Shown one piece after another: positions 1 through 9,599 of a DNA stretch of 64,000 nt. The notes below the pieces were generated by a model. The model saw nothing but the letters and a program-made list of their open reading frames with translations. It did not search any database and was not told where the DNA came from. Location of the stretch: assembly GCA_965248575.1 (NCBI GenBank), contig CBDFJQ010000002.1:1120001-1184000 (forward strand). The letters run 5' to 3'. A program made the translations under genes and the position numbers. The stretch is from Planctomycetota bacterium. GTDB taxonomy: Bacteria > Planctomycetota > B15-G4. The first letter of the stretch is position 1. Each line of letters begins with the position of its first letter.

Positions 1-429
1 GCCGTCTTCATCTGGCTCGGCAGCAACAAGGTCTCGGACCCCATCGCCTTCCTCAAGCTCATCCGCCAGTACGAGATCGCGCCCGAGGGCATGCCGGCCG
101 TCCTGAACACGCTGGCGGTGACGCTGCCCTGGGTGGAGATCTTGTGCGGCACGCTGCTCTTGCTGGGGATCGGCGTGCGCGGCGTGGGTGCCAGCATGCT
201 GCTCATGCTGATGGTCTTCTCCACGGCCATTCTGCTGCGCGCCCTCGACATTCACGCCTTGGGCGAGCAGGCGTTCTGCGCCATCAAGTTCGATTGTGGA
301 TGCGGAACCGGCGAGGAGTTCGTCTGCTCGAAGCTGCCTCAGAACCTCGGACTGATGTTCCTAAGCCTGGCGGTGTTGCGCTCCCAGTCGACGCGCCTCT
401 GTCTGCGCGCCCGCTTCTGGAAGGCCTAG
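1..429 (+). CDS. DoxX/MauE family membrane protein (5' truncated by window edge)
   Basis: Frame open from base 1 (AVFIWLGSNKVSDPIAF...LPWVEILCGTLLLLG); hydrophobic helices and DCGCG motif typical of MauE/DoxX. Confidence 0.75.
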   Translation, partial: AVFIWLGSNKVSDPIAFLKLIRQYEIAPEGMPAVLNTLAVTLPWVEILCGTLLLLGIGVRGVGASMLLMLMVFSTAILLRALDIHALGEQAFCAIKFDCGCGTGEEFVCSKLPQNLGLMFLSLAVLRSQSTRLCLRARFWKA

Positions 430-1919
430 CCCTCGCCGTCCTCAGCGCCGTCGTCACCCTCGACGTCGGCCGGCTCAGCGTCGGCCTCGGTTTCCGTGGC
501 GCTGTCCTCTTCCTCGCCCTCCTCATCGTCACCACCACCGAGGTCGGGGAGTTCGAGACTGCTCAGACCATCCAGCAAGCCGTCCAGGAGGCCGCCACCA
601 GAGCTCGGCGGAGCCAGCTGATCGAGACTTCCCTGGGCAATGTTCCGGGCGGTGCTGAGTTCGGCGCGGATCTCGGGCGACAAGTTGACGGCCACCAGCT
701 GCTCATCAGCCTTCTCGATGCAGATCTGGTACATCTCCTTCGCGCGGTCCAGCTCGCGGTTGAGCTGGTGATGCAGCAGGGCCCCCAGGTCGTTGTAGTA
801 ACGCGGGTTCTCGGGGTCGAGGTCGACGCTCTTCTGGTACGCGGTGAGCGCGTCCTCGAAGCGGCGGGTGCCTTCGCACATCACGGCGTAGTTGTGCCAG
901 ACATCCGGGCTCTTGGTTCCCGCGGCCGTGATGGCCTGCAGGATGGCGCGCGCCGTGGCCTGGTCCTGACGTTGGACGAAGGGGCCGACGGACCAGGCAA
1001 GCTCCGTCGCCATGGCGTCCAGATCCGGTTCCTGGCGCAGGCGGTTGGTGATCTCCCGCGCACTGATCGAGACCATCTTCTCCAAGGCCTTGGACGAGGC
1101 GTCGAACTGCCGGCCCAAGCTGTAGGACTTCGCCATGTTGTAGAGCGTGGTGAAGTCGGGCTCCTGCTGGCGATCCACCACTTGGATCGCTGCGTCCACA
1201 GCCTTCACCGCGTCGCCGCGGTCACCGTGGATCCACGCCAGTTGCCCGTGCGCCTCGACCCGCTCGCGGGGTAGCAGCGAGGCTGCCTTCTCGAGGTCGG
1301 CCACGGTCTCGGCGTAGGCCGCATCGGTCACCGAGTTGTCGCCAGCACTCTTGGCACCCCAGTACACGTACACGTTGGCGCACCCCTTGAGCAGATGGAG
1401 GTTGCCGTCGTTGGGGGCCTGGGTGAGAGCACCCTTGGCCATGTCGAGGGCCGTCACGTGGTCGTTGAAGCGGTAGAGCTTGACGTAACCCAACTCCACC
1501 AAGGCGTCGAAGTCGCCGGGAGCAGCATGCTCCACGGATCGTTCGATGTGGCTCTGGGCATCCATGAGGGTCAGGGTTACATCGTCGCCATTCGCGCCAC
1601 CAGCATGGAGGGCATCAGCCCACGCCAGGTAGCGGCGGCCCATGGCCAGGGCGACATCCGGGTCATTGGGAAGCTGCAAGGCGTCGAGCGTCGCAATGGC
1701 CTCTTCAGGCTGACCGGCCGTAGCCTGGAGTTCGGAGAGGAAGATCGCAGCTGGGACGCGGGCTTCACCATCGGTGCCCGCGAGCTCCCCCAGCATCTCG
1801 GTGGCCCCGGCGACGTCGCCACGCTCTGCAAGCGCGCGGGCCGCATCAAGATCCGACCCCTCTTGCGGCACTGCCACAAGCAGCATCAGGGAGGAGAGGA
1901 CAACGGACGGAATCATCAT
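426..1919 (-). CDS. Secreted tetratricopeptide-repeat protein with acidic C-terminal tail
   Basis: Signal-like N-terminus MMIPSVVLSSLMLLVAVPQ; TPR units (VWHNYAVMCE...ALTAYQKSVDLDPENPRYYNDLGALL); D/E-rich tail; start estimated. Confidence 0.75.
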   Translation of the reverse strand: MMIPSVVLSSLMLLVAVPQEGSDLDAARALAERGDVAGATEMLGELAGTDGEARVPAAIFLSELQATAGQPEEAIATLDALQLPNDPDVALAMGRRYLAWADALHAGGANGDDVTLTLMDAQSHIERSVEHAAPGDFDALVELGYVKLYRFNDHVTALDMAKGALTQAPNDGNLHLLKGCANVYVYWGAKSAGDNSVTDAAYAETVADLEKAASLLPRERVEAHGQLAWIHGDRGDAVKAVDAAIQVVDRQQEPDFTTLYNMAKSYSLGRQFDASSKALEKMVSISAREITNRLRQEPDLDAMATELAWSVGPFVQRQDQATARAILQAITAAGTKSPDVWHNYAVMCEGTRRFEDALTAYQKSVDLDPENPRYYNDLGALLHHQLNRELDRAKEMYQICIEKADEQLVAVNLSPEIRAELSTARNIAQGSLDQLAPPSSGGGLLDGLLDGLSSLELPDLGGGDDEEGEEEDSATETEADAEPADVEGDDGAEDGEG

Positions 1920-2237
1920 CTTGGTCAGCCTTTCAATGCGCCCCTCAGAGGGGGCCGGATCCATCGAGCCGGTCGAGGCGTCTCTTCCTCGCTCTCCCGG
2001 CTCCAATACACGATCTACGTCGAACAACAAGGCGACAGCCTACCGTACTGAAACGGCGTGGGGGCCTGTGGCCCATTGATGTCGATTGACACAGGCCATG
2101 GAGGGCAGGTGGCCCCACCCGGGCCGAACGGTGAGCTCCCGGCAGCCCGCAGCGCTCGTTGAACCGCCACTTCCACTGGCATAGGCTCGGCCGCTGCCCG
2201 ATGCGCCCCGGCGTCGGCCCCGCGCTGGGATCTGCTC

Positions 2238-3440
2238 ATGGAACTCGTCTCCCCCGAACGTCATGGCGGAGTCCATCCCAGCCCGGGTCAATCCCTGAAA
2301 CGGGCAGCTTGTTCGCTTGCCCTTGGTGTTGGCGCCTTCCTGGTCGTTTCCATCGCGTTGCGGACCGGCCTGCCGCCCCTCCCCGAGTCCGCCCTAGCGA
2401 CCAAGCTGGCGGCCGTTCGGCCCGGGGACATCGACCTGCTGTTCGTGGGCTCCAGCAGCGTCTACCGCCATGTCGACCCCGCACTCTTCGACACCCTGAC
2501 TTCTGAAGCGGGGGAACCCACGCACTCCTACAACTTCGGTGTGCCCGCCATGGAGACCCTGGAGAGCCTCTACGCCCTGCGCAGCCTGCTCAGCCAAGAC
2601 GCCCTGCGCGAGAACCTGGAGTGGGTGGTGCTGGATGCCCGCCAGGCGGGCTACAGCTTGGCGGGCAACAACCACCTCACCGCTCGCGTCGCCCAGTGGC
2701 ATGACCTGCAGACAACATGGCTCGCCGTGCGCCTGGTGTTCGAGTCCTCGGAACCCTGGGAGTGGAAGCTCGAGCAGGTGTGGCGCCACGGGTTCGCTGC
2801 GCTGCTCAGGCTCGGGAACGTCGGGCGGCTTCAGGAGCTCCTGAGCTCGACGCTCAGTGGCAACGCCCACAGTCGCGCGGGGGTGACGCAAGAGCGGGCG
2901 TCGGTTCGACGCATGGAACGTGGGCGAAACGACGACGGCTTCGCCCCCCTGGACTGGGCCGCTGGCCAGGCCGACCCGCTCCAGCAGCGGTTCCTCTACG
3001 AACGCCAACTTAGTTGGGAGGCAGAGTCCGAGCGCCTGCTTGCACAACTCGATCGCGCACCGGAGGGCCGGCCGCGGCGCCTCCTGACCCAGGCTGGCAC
3101 GGCCCGCAAGGACCAGCGTCTCACCCAGGCCGAACAGGACCTGCTGCACGACATCGTCAACGAGCTGCAGAGCCGTGGGATCCAGGTGCTGTTCATGAAC
3201 AGCCCCGATGTGCGACAGCGGGAGTTCTTCGCTCGCGCCGGCCTGGACGCCGGGTTGATTCCCGAGCTGTTGGACACGGATCGACCCGACCTCTATCCCG
3301 CGCTGTTTCGAAACAGCACCCGCTTTGATCGGGACCACCTCAACGAGCAGGGGGCCGAAGTCTACACCCGCGTCCTGGCCCAGGAGTTCTTGAAGGCCGT
3401 CAAGCGAGCGCGCCGTGAAGCTGGGGGAGACGCCCGTTGA
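2238..3440 (+). CDS. Membrane-anchored SGNH-like (DltD/AlgJ-like) acyltransferase partner of the MBOAT
   Basis: N-terminal TM; LFVGSSS block, YNFGVPA, C-terminal DRDHLNEQGA (DxxH); stop overlaps the MBOAT start. Confidence 0.65.
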   Translation: MELVSPERHGGVHPSPGQSLKRAACSLALGVGAFLVVSIALRTGLPPLPESALATKLAAVRPGDIDLLFVGSSSVYRHVDPALFDTLTSEAGEPTHSYNFGVPAMETLESLYALRSLLSQDALRENLEWVVLDARQAGYSLAGNNHLTARVAQWHDLQTTWLAVRLVFESSEPWEWKLEQVWRHGFAALLRLGNVGRLQELLSSTLSGNAHSRAGVTQERASVRRMERGRNDDGFAPLDWAAGQADPLQQRFLYERQLSWEAESERLLAQLDRAPEGRPRRLLTQAGTARKDQRLTQAEQDLLHDIVNELQSRGIQVLFMNSPDVRQREFFARAGLDAGLIPELLDTDRPDLYPALFRNSTRFDRDHLNEQGAEVYTRVLAQEFLKAVKRARREAGGDAR

Positions 3441-4930
3441 TCTTCACCGAGCTGCGCTTCCTGCTGTTCTTCGCCGTCGTGCTCGGGGTCCATTGGAGCC
3501 TCCGGAAGAACACGTCCCGCAAGCTGTGGCTGCTGGTCTGCAGCTATGCGTTCTACGCCGCTTGGGACGTGCGCTTCCTCTCGCTGATCGTGGGCTCCAC
3601 GCTGCTGGACGGTCTGGTCGGGCGCGCCATCCACCGCAGCGAGGACGAAAAACGGCGGAACCGCCTGTTGGCGTTGAGCGTCAGCCTCAATCTCGGCCTG
3701 CTGGGGGTCTTCAAGTACCTCGGCTTCTTCGTGGACTCCGGCGTCAGCTTCCTGCACTGGCTGGGGCTGGACGTGAGCGCTCCGACCCTGGCCATCGTGC
3801 TGCCGGTGGGCATCAGCTTCTACACCTTCCAGACCATGAGCTACTCGCTCGACATTCATGCCCGTCGCCTGAAGCCAGCGCGCAGCGCCTTGGATCTGGC
3901 ACTGTTCGTCGGCTTCTTCCCGCAGCTCGTCGCGGGCCCCATCGTGCGTGCCCGAGCGTTCCTGCCTCAGCTCGCAAGCCGGAGGAACTTCCAGGCCATC
4001 GATGTGCGCGCCTGCCTGATGTTGTTCCTGATCGGCTTCCTCAAGAAGGCGGTGATCTCCGACTCTCTGAGCCCGTCGGTAGACATCTACTTCGCGCGCC
4101 CAGAGCTGTTCGATGCGGCCAGCACCTGGTTGGCCCTGGGCCTCTACTCGGTGCAGATCTACTGCGACTTCTCCGGCTACTCGGACATGGCCATCGCCTG
4201 CGCCGGTCTGCTCGGCTACAACCTCTGCCTCAACTTCGACTTCCCGTACTTCGCCACCAACATCGCCAGCTTCTGGCGGCGTTGGCACATCAGCCTGTCC
4301 AACTGGCTGCGGGACTATCTGTTCATCCCGTTGAGCGAGACGAAGCTGCTCAGCCGCACACCCATGCTGGCGCTGATGCTGACCATGTTGCTGGGCGGCT
4401 TGTGGCACGGCGCCGCCTGGAAATTCGTTTTCTGGGGCGGCCTGCACGGCCTGGCCTTGCTCGTCCACCGGCTCTGGGTGTTGCATTCGCCCGCGCGACT
4501 GCGGCAATCCAAGACCATGGCCTTGGCCGGCACGCTGCTCACCCTTTGGTGGCTAGGGCTGACTTGGGTGTTCTTCCGCTCCGAGACGCTCTCCAGCGCC
4601 CTGCACATCGCGGCGAGCTATCTCAGCCTGAGCCCGCCGGGCCCTGTCCTTGGCAGCGGCGCAACGCTGCTCGCCGCCGACATGCCAGCCTGGTTCGGCG
4701 ACCCGCTGGCGTCAGGCGCCGCGGCCCAGACGGTCAGCCTGGGGGACCGCATGCCCTGGGTGCTCGCGCTGCTGTTCGTGCTGCATTGGATCTCGTGGCG
4801 GAAGTGGTGCGCAGGCTGGTGGCGACGGCTCCCTGAGTGGGGTTTTGCGCTCTTCGTGGGAGGCGCTGCTGCGATCACGGCGGCGCTCATGCAGCCCGAG
4901 GCGGAAGCCTTCATCTACTTCCAGTTCTAG
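3437..4930 (+). CDS. MBOAT family O-acyltransferase (AlgI/DltB-like)
   Basis: LPVGISFYTFQTMSY, FFPQLVAGPIVR, DFSGYSDMAI, FWRRWHISLSNWLRDYLF, GLWHGA (catalytic His), C-terminal FIYFQF. Confidence 0.95.
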   Translation: MIFTELRFLLFFAVVLGVHWSLRKNTSRKLWLLVCSYAFYAAWDVRFLSLIVGSTLLDGLVGRAIHRSEDEKRRNRLLALSVSLNLGLLGVFKYLGFFVDSGVSFLHWLGLDVSAPTLAIVLPVGISFYTFQTMSYSLDIHARRLKPARSALDLALFVGFFPQLVAGPIVRARAFLPQLASRRNFQAIDVRACLMLFLIGFLKKAVISDSLSPSVDIYFARPELFDAASTWLALGLYSVQIYCDFSGYSDMAIACAGLLGYNLCLNFDFPYFATNIASFWRRWHISLSNWLRDYLFIPLSETKLLSRTPMLALMLTMLLGGLWHGAAWKFVFWGGLHGLALLVHRLWVLHSPARLRQSKTMALAGTLLTLWWLGLTWVFFRSETLSSALHIAASYLSLSPPGPVLGSGATLLAADMPAWFGDPLASGAAAQTVSLGDRMPWVLALLFVLHWISWRKWCAGWWRRLPEWGFALFVGGAAAITAALMQPEAEAFIYFQF

Positions 4931-4959
4931 TTCGGACGCCCGCCCAGGCCTAGCGCGCG

Positions 4960-5223
4960 CTAGTCCCCCGAGAGATGTTCGGCCAGCGCGCGGACGTGGT
5001 CGAAGCGGCCGATCAACTGGCTTTCCTTCAGCACCACCCCGTAGCGGGTCTGAATGGCCTTGAGGAAGGGTGCGGCGCTGAGGGAATCCACATAGCCACA
5101 GTCGTAGAGGTGCTGCGTGGGATCGATGCTTGCCGAGGCGAGCCGCCCCTCACTCAGTTGCACGATCAGATCCACGAGCTCGGCTTCGATCTGCTGCGGG
5201 TCCGGCTGTTCGGTGGGGGACAT
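4960..5223 (-). CDS. Acyl carrier protein (87 aa, DltC/LnmL-like)
   Basis: Real gene is the 3' part of ORF 4960..6102: MSPTEQ...LYDCGYVDSLSAAPFLKAIQTRYGVVL; DSL phosphopantetheine motif and ACP size. Confidence 0.8.
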   Translation of the reverse strand: MSPTEQPDPQQIEAELVDLIVQLSEGRLASASIDPTQHLYDCGYVDSLSAAPFLKAIQTRYGVVLKESQLIGRFDHVRALAEHLSGD

Positions 5224-5361
5224 CGGGGAGAAGCTACCAGGGCGGCCTGCGGATGGGTCGTTCGAGCCGGATCGTTCAGGCAGTATAGGAGTGCTCGAGC
5301 CCCGATTCAGGTGCGCACCCCTTTCAACCAACCCCTCCAATCCACGATTCCGGACGCAGCC

Positions 5362-6420
5362 ATGTTCTCTTGGAAGGACTACGCCTTCACCGTGGGCATG
5401 CCCCACATGGTGCCCGGCCGCCTCTCGGAGGTGGAGTTGCTGAAATGGTTGGGCGCCTGGCAGTGGGACTCCATCGCCGAGATGCTGGACACGCCCTCGG
5501 CCGAGATCACCAACGAAAACGGTGAGCGCCTCTACGCGTCCTTCGTCAACATCGAGCTGGACCTCAGGGCACGCCACAGCCTGGCGAGCTTCACCGAAGG
5601 CAGCTCCATGCACCTGCGCAACGGGACCCGGCTCTACGCCGGGACCTTTGTCGAGGGTCTGTACTTGCTGGACGACAAGCCTCTTCCCGAGGGCTGCGAA
5701 GGTTCCGTCCAATCCACCGAAGACCTCACGGTGGGGGAGCTGCCCTGGGTGAGCATGAACAACTGTTTCGTGGCGCCCTTTGGCGGCGAAAACGACCGCC
5801 TCAAGGTTCACGCGCCGCGCGGCCTTGATGAGGATCAGGGCGAGGCCGGGCGCTCCATTGCCCAAACGGACGAGCGCCCCCAGGGACTCGTGGAGCATGC
5901 CCAGGTCCAGTCCAGCGGCCTGATCGAGGCTGCTTGGGATGACGAGGACTTCGTCCCCTTGGAAACCCTGGACGCCGAGCCCATTCCCTACTTCATCAGC
6001 CCTGAGTCCGACCTCAACGGCGCAGGCCTGCTCTACTTCGCACGCTACGTCGCCATGATGGATCACGGCGAACGGGAGCTGCTCATGGATGGACTGGAGC
6101 AACCCCTCTCACATCAGTTCGTCTCCTGCCTCGCCACCACGCAGCGTCGGCTGTTCTATTTCGCCAACGCTCAACCATGGGACGCTGTGGACGTGCGCGT
6201 CACGCCCTTCGTGCGCGACTGTGGAAGCAGCGGGGAGACACCGTCGGCGCGACACCGTGTGCCGCTCGAGTTCATGTTCCGCATCGACCTGCATCGCGAC
6301 TCGGACCAGATGCTCATGGCCAGTTCCCTCGTGCGCAAGGCACTGGTGATCCCGGCCCACCGCAAGGCGCTGCTGGCGGAAGCCGAACGTTTCCTCGCGG
6401 GCTGCCTGGAAGAGGACTGA
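5362..6420 (+). CDS. LnmK/Pnap_2097-family double hot-dog acyltransferase/decarboxylase-like protein
   Basis: VGMPHMVPGRLSEVELLKWLGAWQW, NGERLYASF and ESDLNGAGLLYFARY resemble LnmK-family blocks; divergent from the ACP gene. Confidence 0.75.
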   Translation: MFSWKDYAFTVGMPHMVPGRLSEVELLKWLGAWQWDSIAEMLDTPSAEITNENGERLYASFVNIELDLRARHSLASFTEGSSMHLRNGTRLYAGTFVEGLYLLDDKPLPEGCEGSVQSTEDLTVGELPWVSMNNCFVAPFGGENDRLKVHAPRGLDEDQGEAGRSIAQTDERPQGLVEHAQVQSSGLIEAAWDDEDFVPLETLDAEPIPYFISPESDLNGAGLLYFARYVAMMDHGERELLMDGLEQPLSHQFVSCLATTQRRLFYFANAQPWDAVDVRVTPFVRDCGSSGETPSARHRVPLEFMFRIDLHRDSDQMLMASSLVRKALVIPAHRKALLAEAERFLAGCLEED

Positions 6421-6447
6421 GGGGGCTGCGCTCGAGCTGGGGGAGAC

Positions 6448-7149
6448 TCACGTGCGCCGGACGGCGAAGTGAGCACTCTCCCAGTCTGCTCCAGCCCAGC
6501 GATCCGGCTCTTCGAACACCAGCTCACCGCCCCCGCGCTTGAGCGTGTCGTGGACGTCTTCTAACGGTACGCAGTGGATCTCCATGTGAGCCTCCTCGTC
6601 GGCTTCCTGCGCCGGCGCGAGGGAAGACCCACTCTCACCCAGCTCGCCCGTCGCCAGCTGAAAGAACAGCACTCCCCCCGGTCTCAGGATGCGTAGGAAC
6701 TCCCGCAGGTAGGCCAATGAGTACTCGGCACGCATGTGCTGCAAGACGATGGCGGTGACCACCAGGTCGAGGGAGGCGTCCGGGATGACCGACAGATCCG
6801 GGCGCGTGTTGCAGAGGTAGCGCACCTGCTCGCCAAAGCGGTTCTTCTCATTCGCCAGATCGATCATGGGCTGGCTCACGTCGACACCCGTCACGCTCGA
6901 GAAGTGGGGCGCCATGGCCTGGGTGATGCGTCCAATCCCACACCCGAAGTCCAAGGCATCGCCTCGCTGGACGGTGACTCCCTGCTGACTGAGCCACGCC
7001 GCGATCCACTCCACGAACTCGATTCCGGAGTTCATGAACTCGGCTTCATCCCAGCGGCCGCCATCCGTACCCGCTTGAGTCAGGATGGCCCACATGGGGT
7101 CCTTCCGGCCCAGGTTCTCCCAGTTGCGTCGAAGCCGTTCGAACTCCAT
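6448..7149 (-). CDS. Class I SAM-dependent methyltransferase
   Basis: ALDFGCGIGR motif I, GVDVS, VLQHM, LRPGG. Confidence 0.9.
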   Translation of the reverse strand: MEFERLRRNWENLGRKDPMWAILTQAGTDGGRWDEAEFMNSGIEFVEWIAAWLSQQGVTVQRGDALDFGCGIGRITQAMAPHFSSVTGVDVSQPMIDLANEKNRFGEQVRYLCNTRPDLSVIPDASLDLVVTAIVLQHMRAEYSLAYLREFLRILRPGGVLFFQLATGELGESGSSLAPAQEADEEAHMEIHCVPLEDVHDTLKRGGGELVFEEPDRWAGADWESAHFAVRRT

Positions 7150-7273
7150 GGGGGTGAAGTCTACCCACAGCTGGGAGCGCAGGAGGGTCGCGATCTCGAA
7201 AGGCAGCGCCGCTGGAGCGCGCTGACCGTCGGTTGCGGGGACGCGTCACGACCGCGTTCAGCCGACATCAAAA

Positions 7274-7349
7274 TGGTGGGCGAGAAGGGACTCGAACCCC
7301 TGACCCCCTGGTTGTGATCCAGGTGCGCTACCAACTGCGCCACTCGCCC
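7274..7349 (-). tRNA. tRNA-Val (anticodon CAC), CCA encoded
   Basis: Reverse complement GGGCGAG-TG-GCGCAGTTGGTAGCGC-A-CCTGG ATCACAA CCAGG-GGGTC-AGGGG TTCGAGT CCCTT-CTCGCCC-A-CCA folds into a 76-nt cloverleaf. Confidence 0.93.
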
Positions 7350-7533
7350 GTGAGTCGGGGAGTCACTATGCGGATCGAATGGGGGAGAGGCAACCGTCCA
7401 GAGAGGGAAGCTTCCGCCAGTGGGGCAGCTGATCGGCCTCAGGAATGGGCGCTGAAGTCGGCCCCCCTGGCTTCCGATGGGGAGGAACTGGCTGTGCTCC
7501 TCTTGCGCGCCCGAACACACCACGGAGTTCCAG

Positions 7534-8034
7534 ATGCGTCCCTTCTTCCACGCAACCCTCAGCGCCGCGCTGCTGGTCAGCTTCGGCTCCAGCCTCGCCG
7601 CCCAGGAATCCCTCTCGAGCACCCCGTCGGCCACTGCGTCCGCACCCCAGCGTGGCCAGATCGGAGCGCGCCAGCAGCACGGCGAGCCGACGGCCGTGCA
7701 GCTCAAGGCAGTCCAACGGCGACGGGCGGCAGCTCACCGGCGCCTCCAAGCAAAGCCGTCTGACGTGAAGAGCGGTCAGCAGCCCGGGCTCGTCGCTCGG
7801 GAGCGCCTCGCTCGCATGAACGGCGTCCACCCAGCCCCAGCTCGCTCGGCCGACGGGGCCCGGAATGCAGGGCGCGGCCGAAGCGCTAGACATCCCCAGA
7901 TCGGGTCCCAGGCCGGACCCTGGTCTAGGACCAGTGACCGGACCAGTCCGAGGGCTGCCCACAAGATGGGTCCGAAGCAGGGGGCCGGCAAGAGCCGCAG
8001 CAAGAGCCCTGCCAAGCGATCCCGAAGGCGCTGA
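7534..8034 (+). CDS. Hypothetical secreted, basic low-complexity protein
   Basis: GGAG upstream of ATG; signal peptide MRPFFHATLSAALLVSFGSSLAA-QES; R/K/A/S/G-rich remainder. Confidence 0.5.
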   Translation: MRPFFHATLSAALLVSFGSSLAAQESLSSTPSATASAPQRGQIGARQQHGEPTAVQLKAVQRRRAAAHRRLQAKPSDVKSGQQPGLVARERLARMNGVHPAPARSADGARNAGRGRSARHPQIGSQAGPWSRTSDRTSPRAAHKMGPKQGAGKSRSKSPAKRSRRR

Positions 8035-8111
8035 CAGGTGTGCGCTGACGGGTGCACTGACCGGGACCCGCCGTCCGGCCGTCGAGCCCAAGCCAGCCGC
8101 CGCAGGGCTGT

Positions 8112-9599
8112 TCAGGAGCGCATCATCACCGACTCGCGGCGGAACATCCACGCGGCGCCGAACAAGGCCAACACGGTCACCACCAGCGTGCTGCCCAAGG
8201 TGATGATGTAGAAGCTCCAGAGGTAGTTGCCCTTGAGCAGTTCCTTCATGAGCAACGAGATGTTCACGAAGGGGATCCAGGCCATGTGCGATTCCGCTTC
8301 GACGTCCGGCAGGAGCGACACCATCATGGGCAGGATCATCACGAACTGCAGCGGCACCGTGTAACTCTGGGCTTCCTTGAAGGAGCGCGCGTAGAGCCCC
8401 ACGGCCAGCAGCAGCGCAGAGTAGAGAGCCGCGACCGGCACGACCAAGGAGCCCGTGAGTAGCAACGCCAGGGGCTGGAACTCGATCTCGAAGGCTTCCG
8501 CGAGATTGGGCGGCAGGATGCCGTAGGTGAAACTCGCCACCATCGACGAGGTGGTGAGCACAGCGGCCACCACAGCCGCCAGGAAGACGACGACGAACTT
8601 GCCGCACGCGATCTCCAGGCGTGACACCGGAGCCAGCAGCAGCGTCTCCATGGTGAAGCGTTCCTTCTCACCGGCGGTCACGTCGAGTGCGGGGTAGAGC
8701 GCGCCGAAGAAGCAGAACGCGAACAGCAGGTACGGAAGCAAGCCACCGATCGCTGCTTGCACCTTGCGCGAATCCGTAGCGACGTTGGCCGACTCCAAAC
8801 GCATGGGTTCCGCAAACTCCCGCGGCAGCTGCTCCTCTCGCAGACGCAGCTTCAACTGCTGCCGGTTGATCACATCCAGGAAGGCGTGGACCCGGTCATA
8901 GGCCTCGTCGGACAGGCTCTGGCTCGAGTCATAGAGGACGTGCAGGGGAACCGTAGCCTCAAATTCTTCGAGGGTCACCAGCGCATCCCCCGGCAGCGCC
9001 AGTCCGGCGCTGATCGCCTTGGACTGCACGGCGATCGTCATGCGTTCACCCGCCAGGCTGTCGGGCAGGTCCTTCGGCACCTTCACACCTTGAGCCAGCT
9101 GGCCATCGACGTCGAGGCTCGCGGGATCCACGAACTTGGACTGCGACACCAGCTTGCTGATGGCGTGCGCATCCAGCATGAGCTGCCGTTGTTCGCTCGG
9201 CATGTCCGCTGACAGCTTGGCCAACTGCGCGAAATCAATGCCCTGCTTCGCATCCCCCTCGGCCTGTTCACCGAACTTCATCAGTTTCTCGAGGGCGGAC
9301 CGTCCACCCAGGCCGTCCAGGACGGCCTTGCCCTGCCCGAGGCTCAAGGCCACCCAGTTCTCATTGAGCCAATGGGTCGTCAGGGCAGTCAAGGTCGTCA
9401 CCGCCGCAGGCTCTGCCGCAATGGTGAGCACGCGGGCCGCCTTCTGGGCGTTCTGGCTCTGCATGAACTTGCTCACGCCCAACATCAGCAACGGCATGAC
9501 CACGATCGGCAGCAACATCATGAAGAAGAGCGTGCGTCGGTCGCGCAGGACATCCCGCAGTTCCTTGCGGGCAATCACCGAGACGGTGCGAAGGCTCAC
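8112..9599 (-). CDS. ABC-2 type permease (NatB-like)
   Basis: IARKELRDVLRDRRTLF, AGEKERFTMETLLLAPVSR, ARSFKEAQSY; GTGA overlap with the ATPase gene. Confidence 0.9.
   Translation of the reverse strand: MSLRTVSVIARKELRDVLRDRRTLFFMMLLPIVVMPLLMLGVSKFMQSQNAQKAARVLTIAAEPAAVTTLTALTTHWLNENWVALSLGQGKAVLDGLGGRSALEKLMKFGEQAEGDAKQGIDFAQLAKLSADMPSEQRQLMLDAHAISKLVSQSKFVDPASLDVDGQLAQGVKVPKDLPDSLAGERMTIAVQSKAISAGLALPGDALVTLEEFEATVPLHVLYDSSQSLSDEAYDRVHAFLDVINRQQLKLRLREEQLPREFAEPMRLESANVATDSRKVQAAIGGLLPYLLFAFCFFGALYPALDVTAGEKERFTMETLLLAPVSRLEIACGKFVVVFLAAVVAAVLTTSSMVASFTYGILPPNLAEAFEIEFQPLALLLTGSLVVPVAALYSALLLAVGLYARSFKEAQSYTVPLQFVMILPMMVSLLPDVEAESHMAWIPFVNISLLMKELLKGNYLWSFYIITLGSTLVVTVLALFGAAWMFRRESVMMRS

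Noticed and set aside
2031..7349. Active integrative element at tRNA-Val
   Set aside because: No integrase or transposase, and I saw no duplicate of the tRNA 3' end in the window
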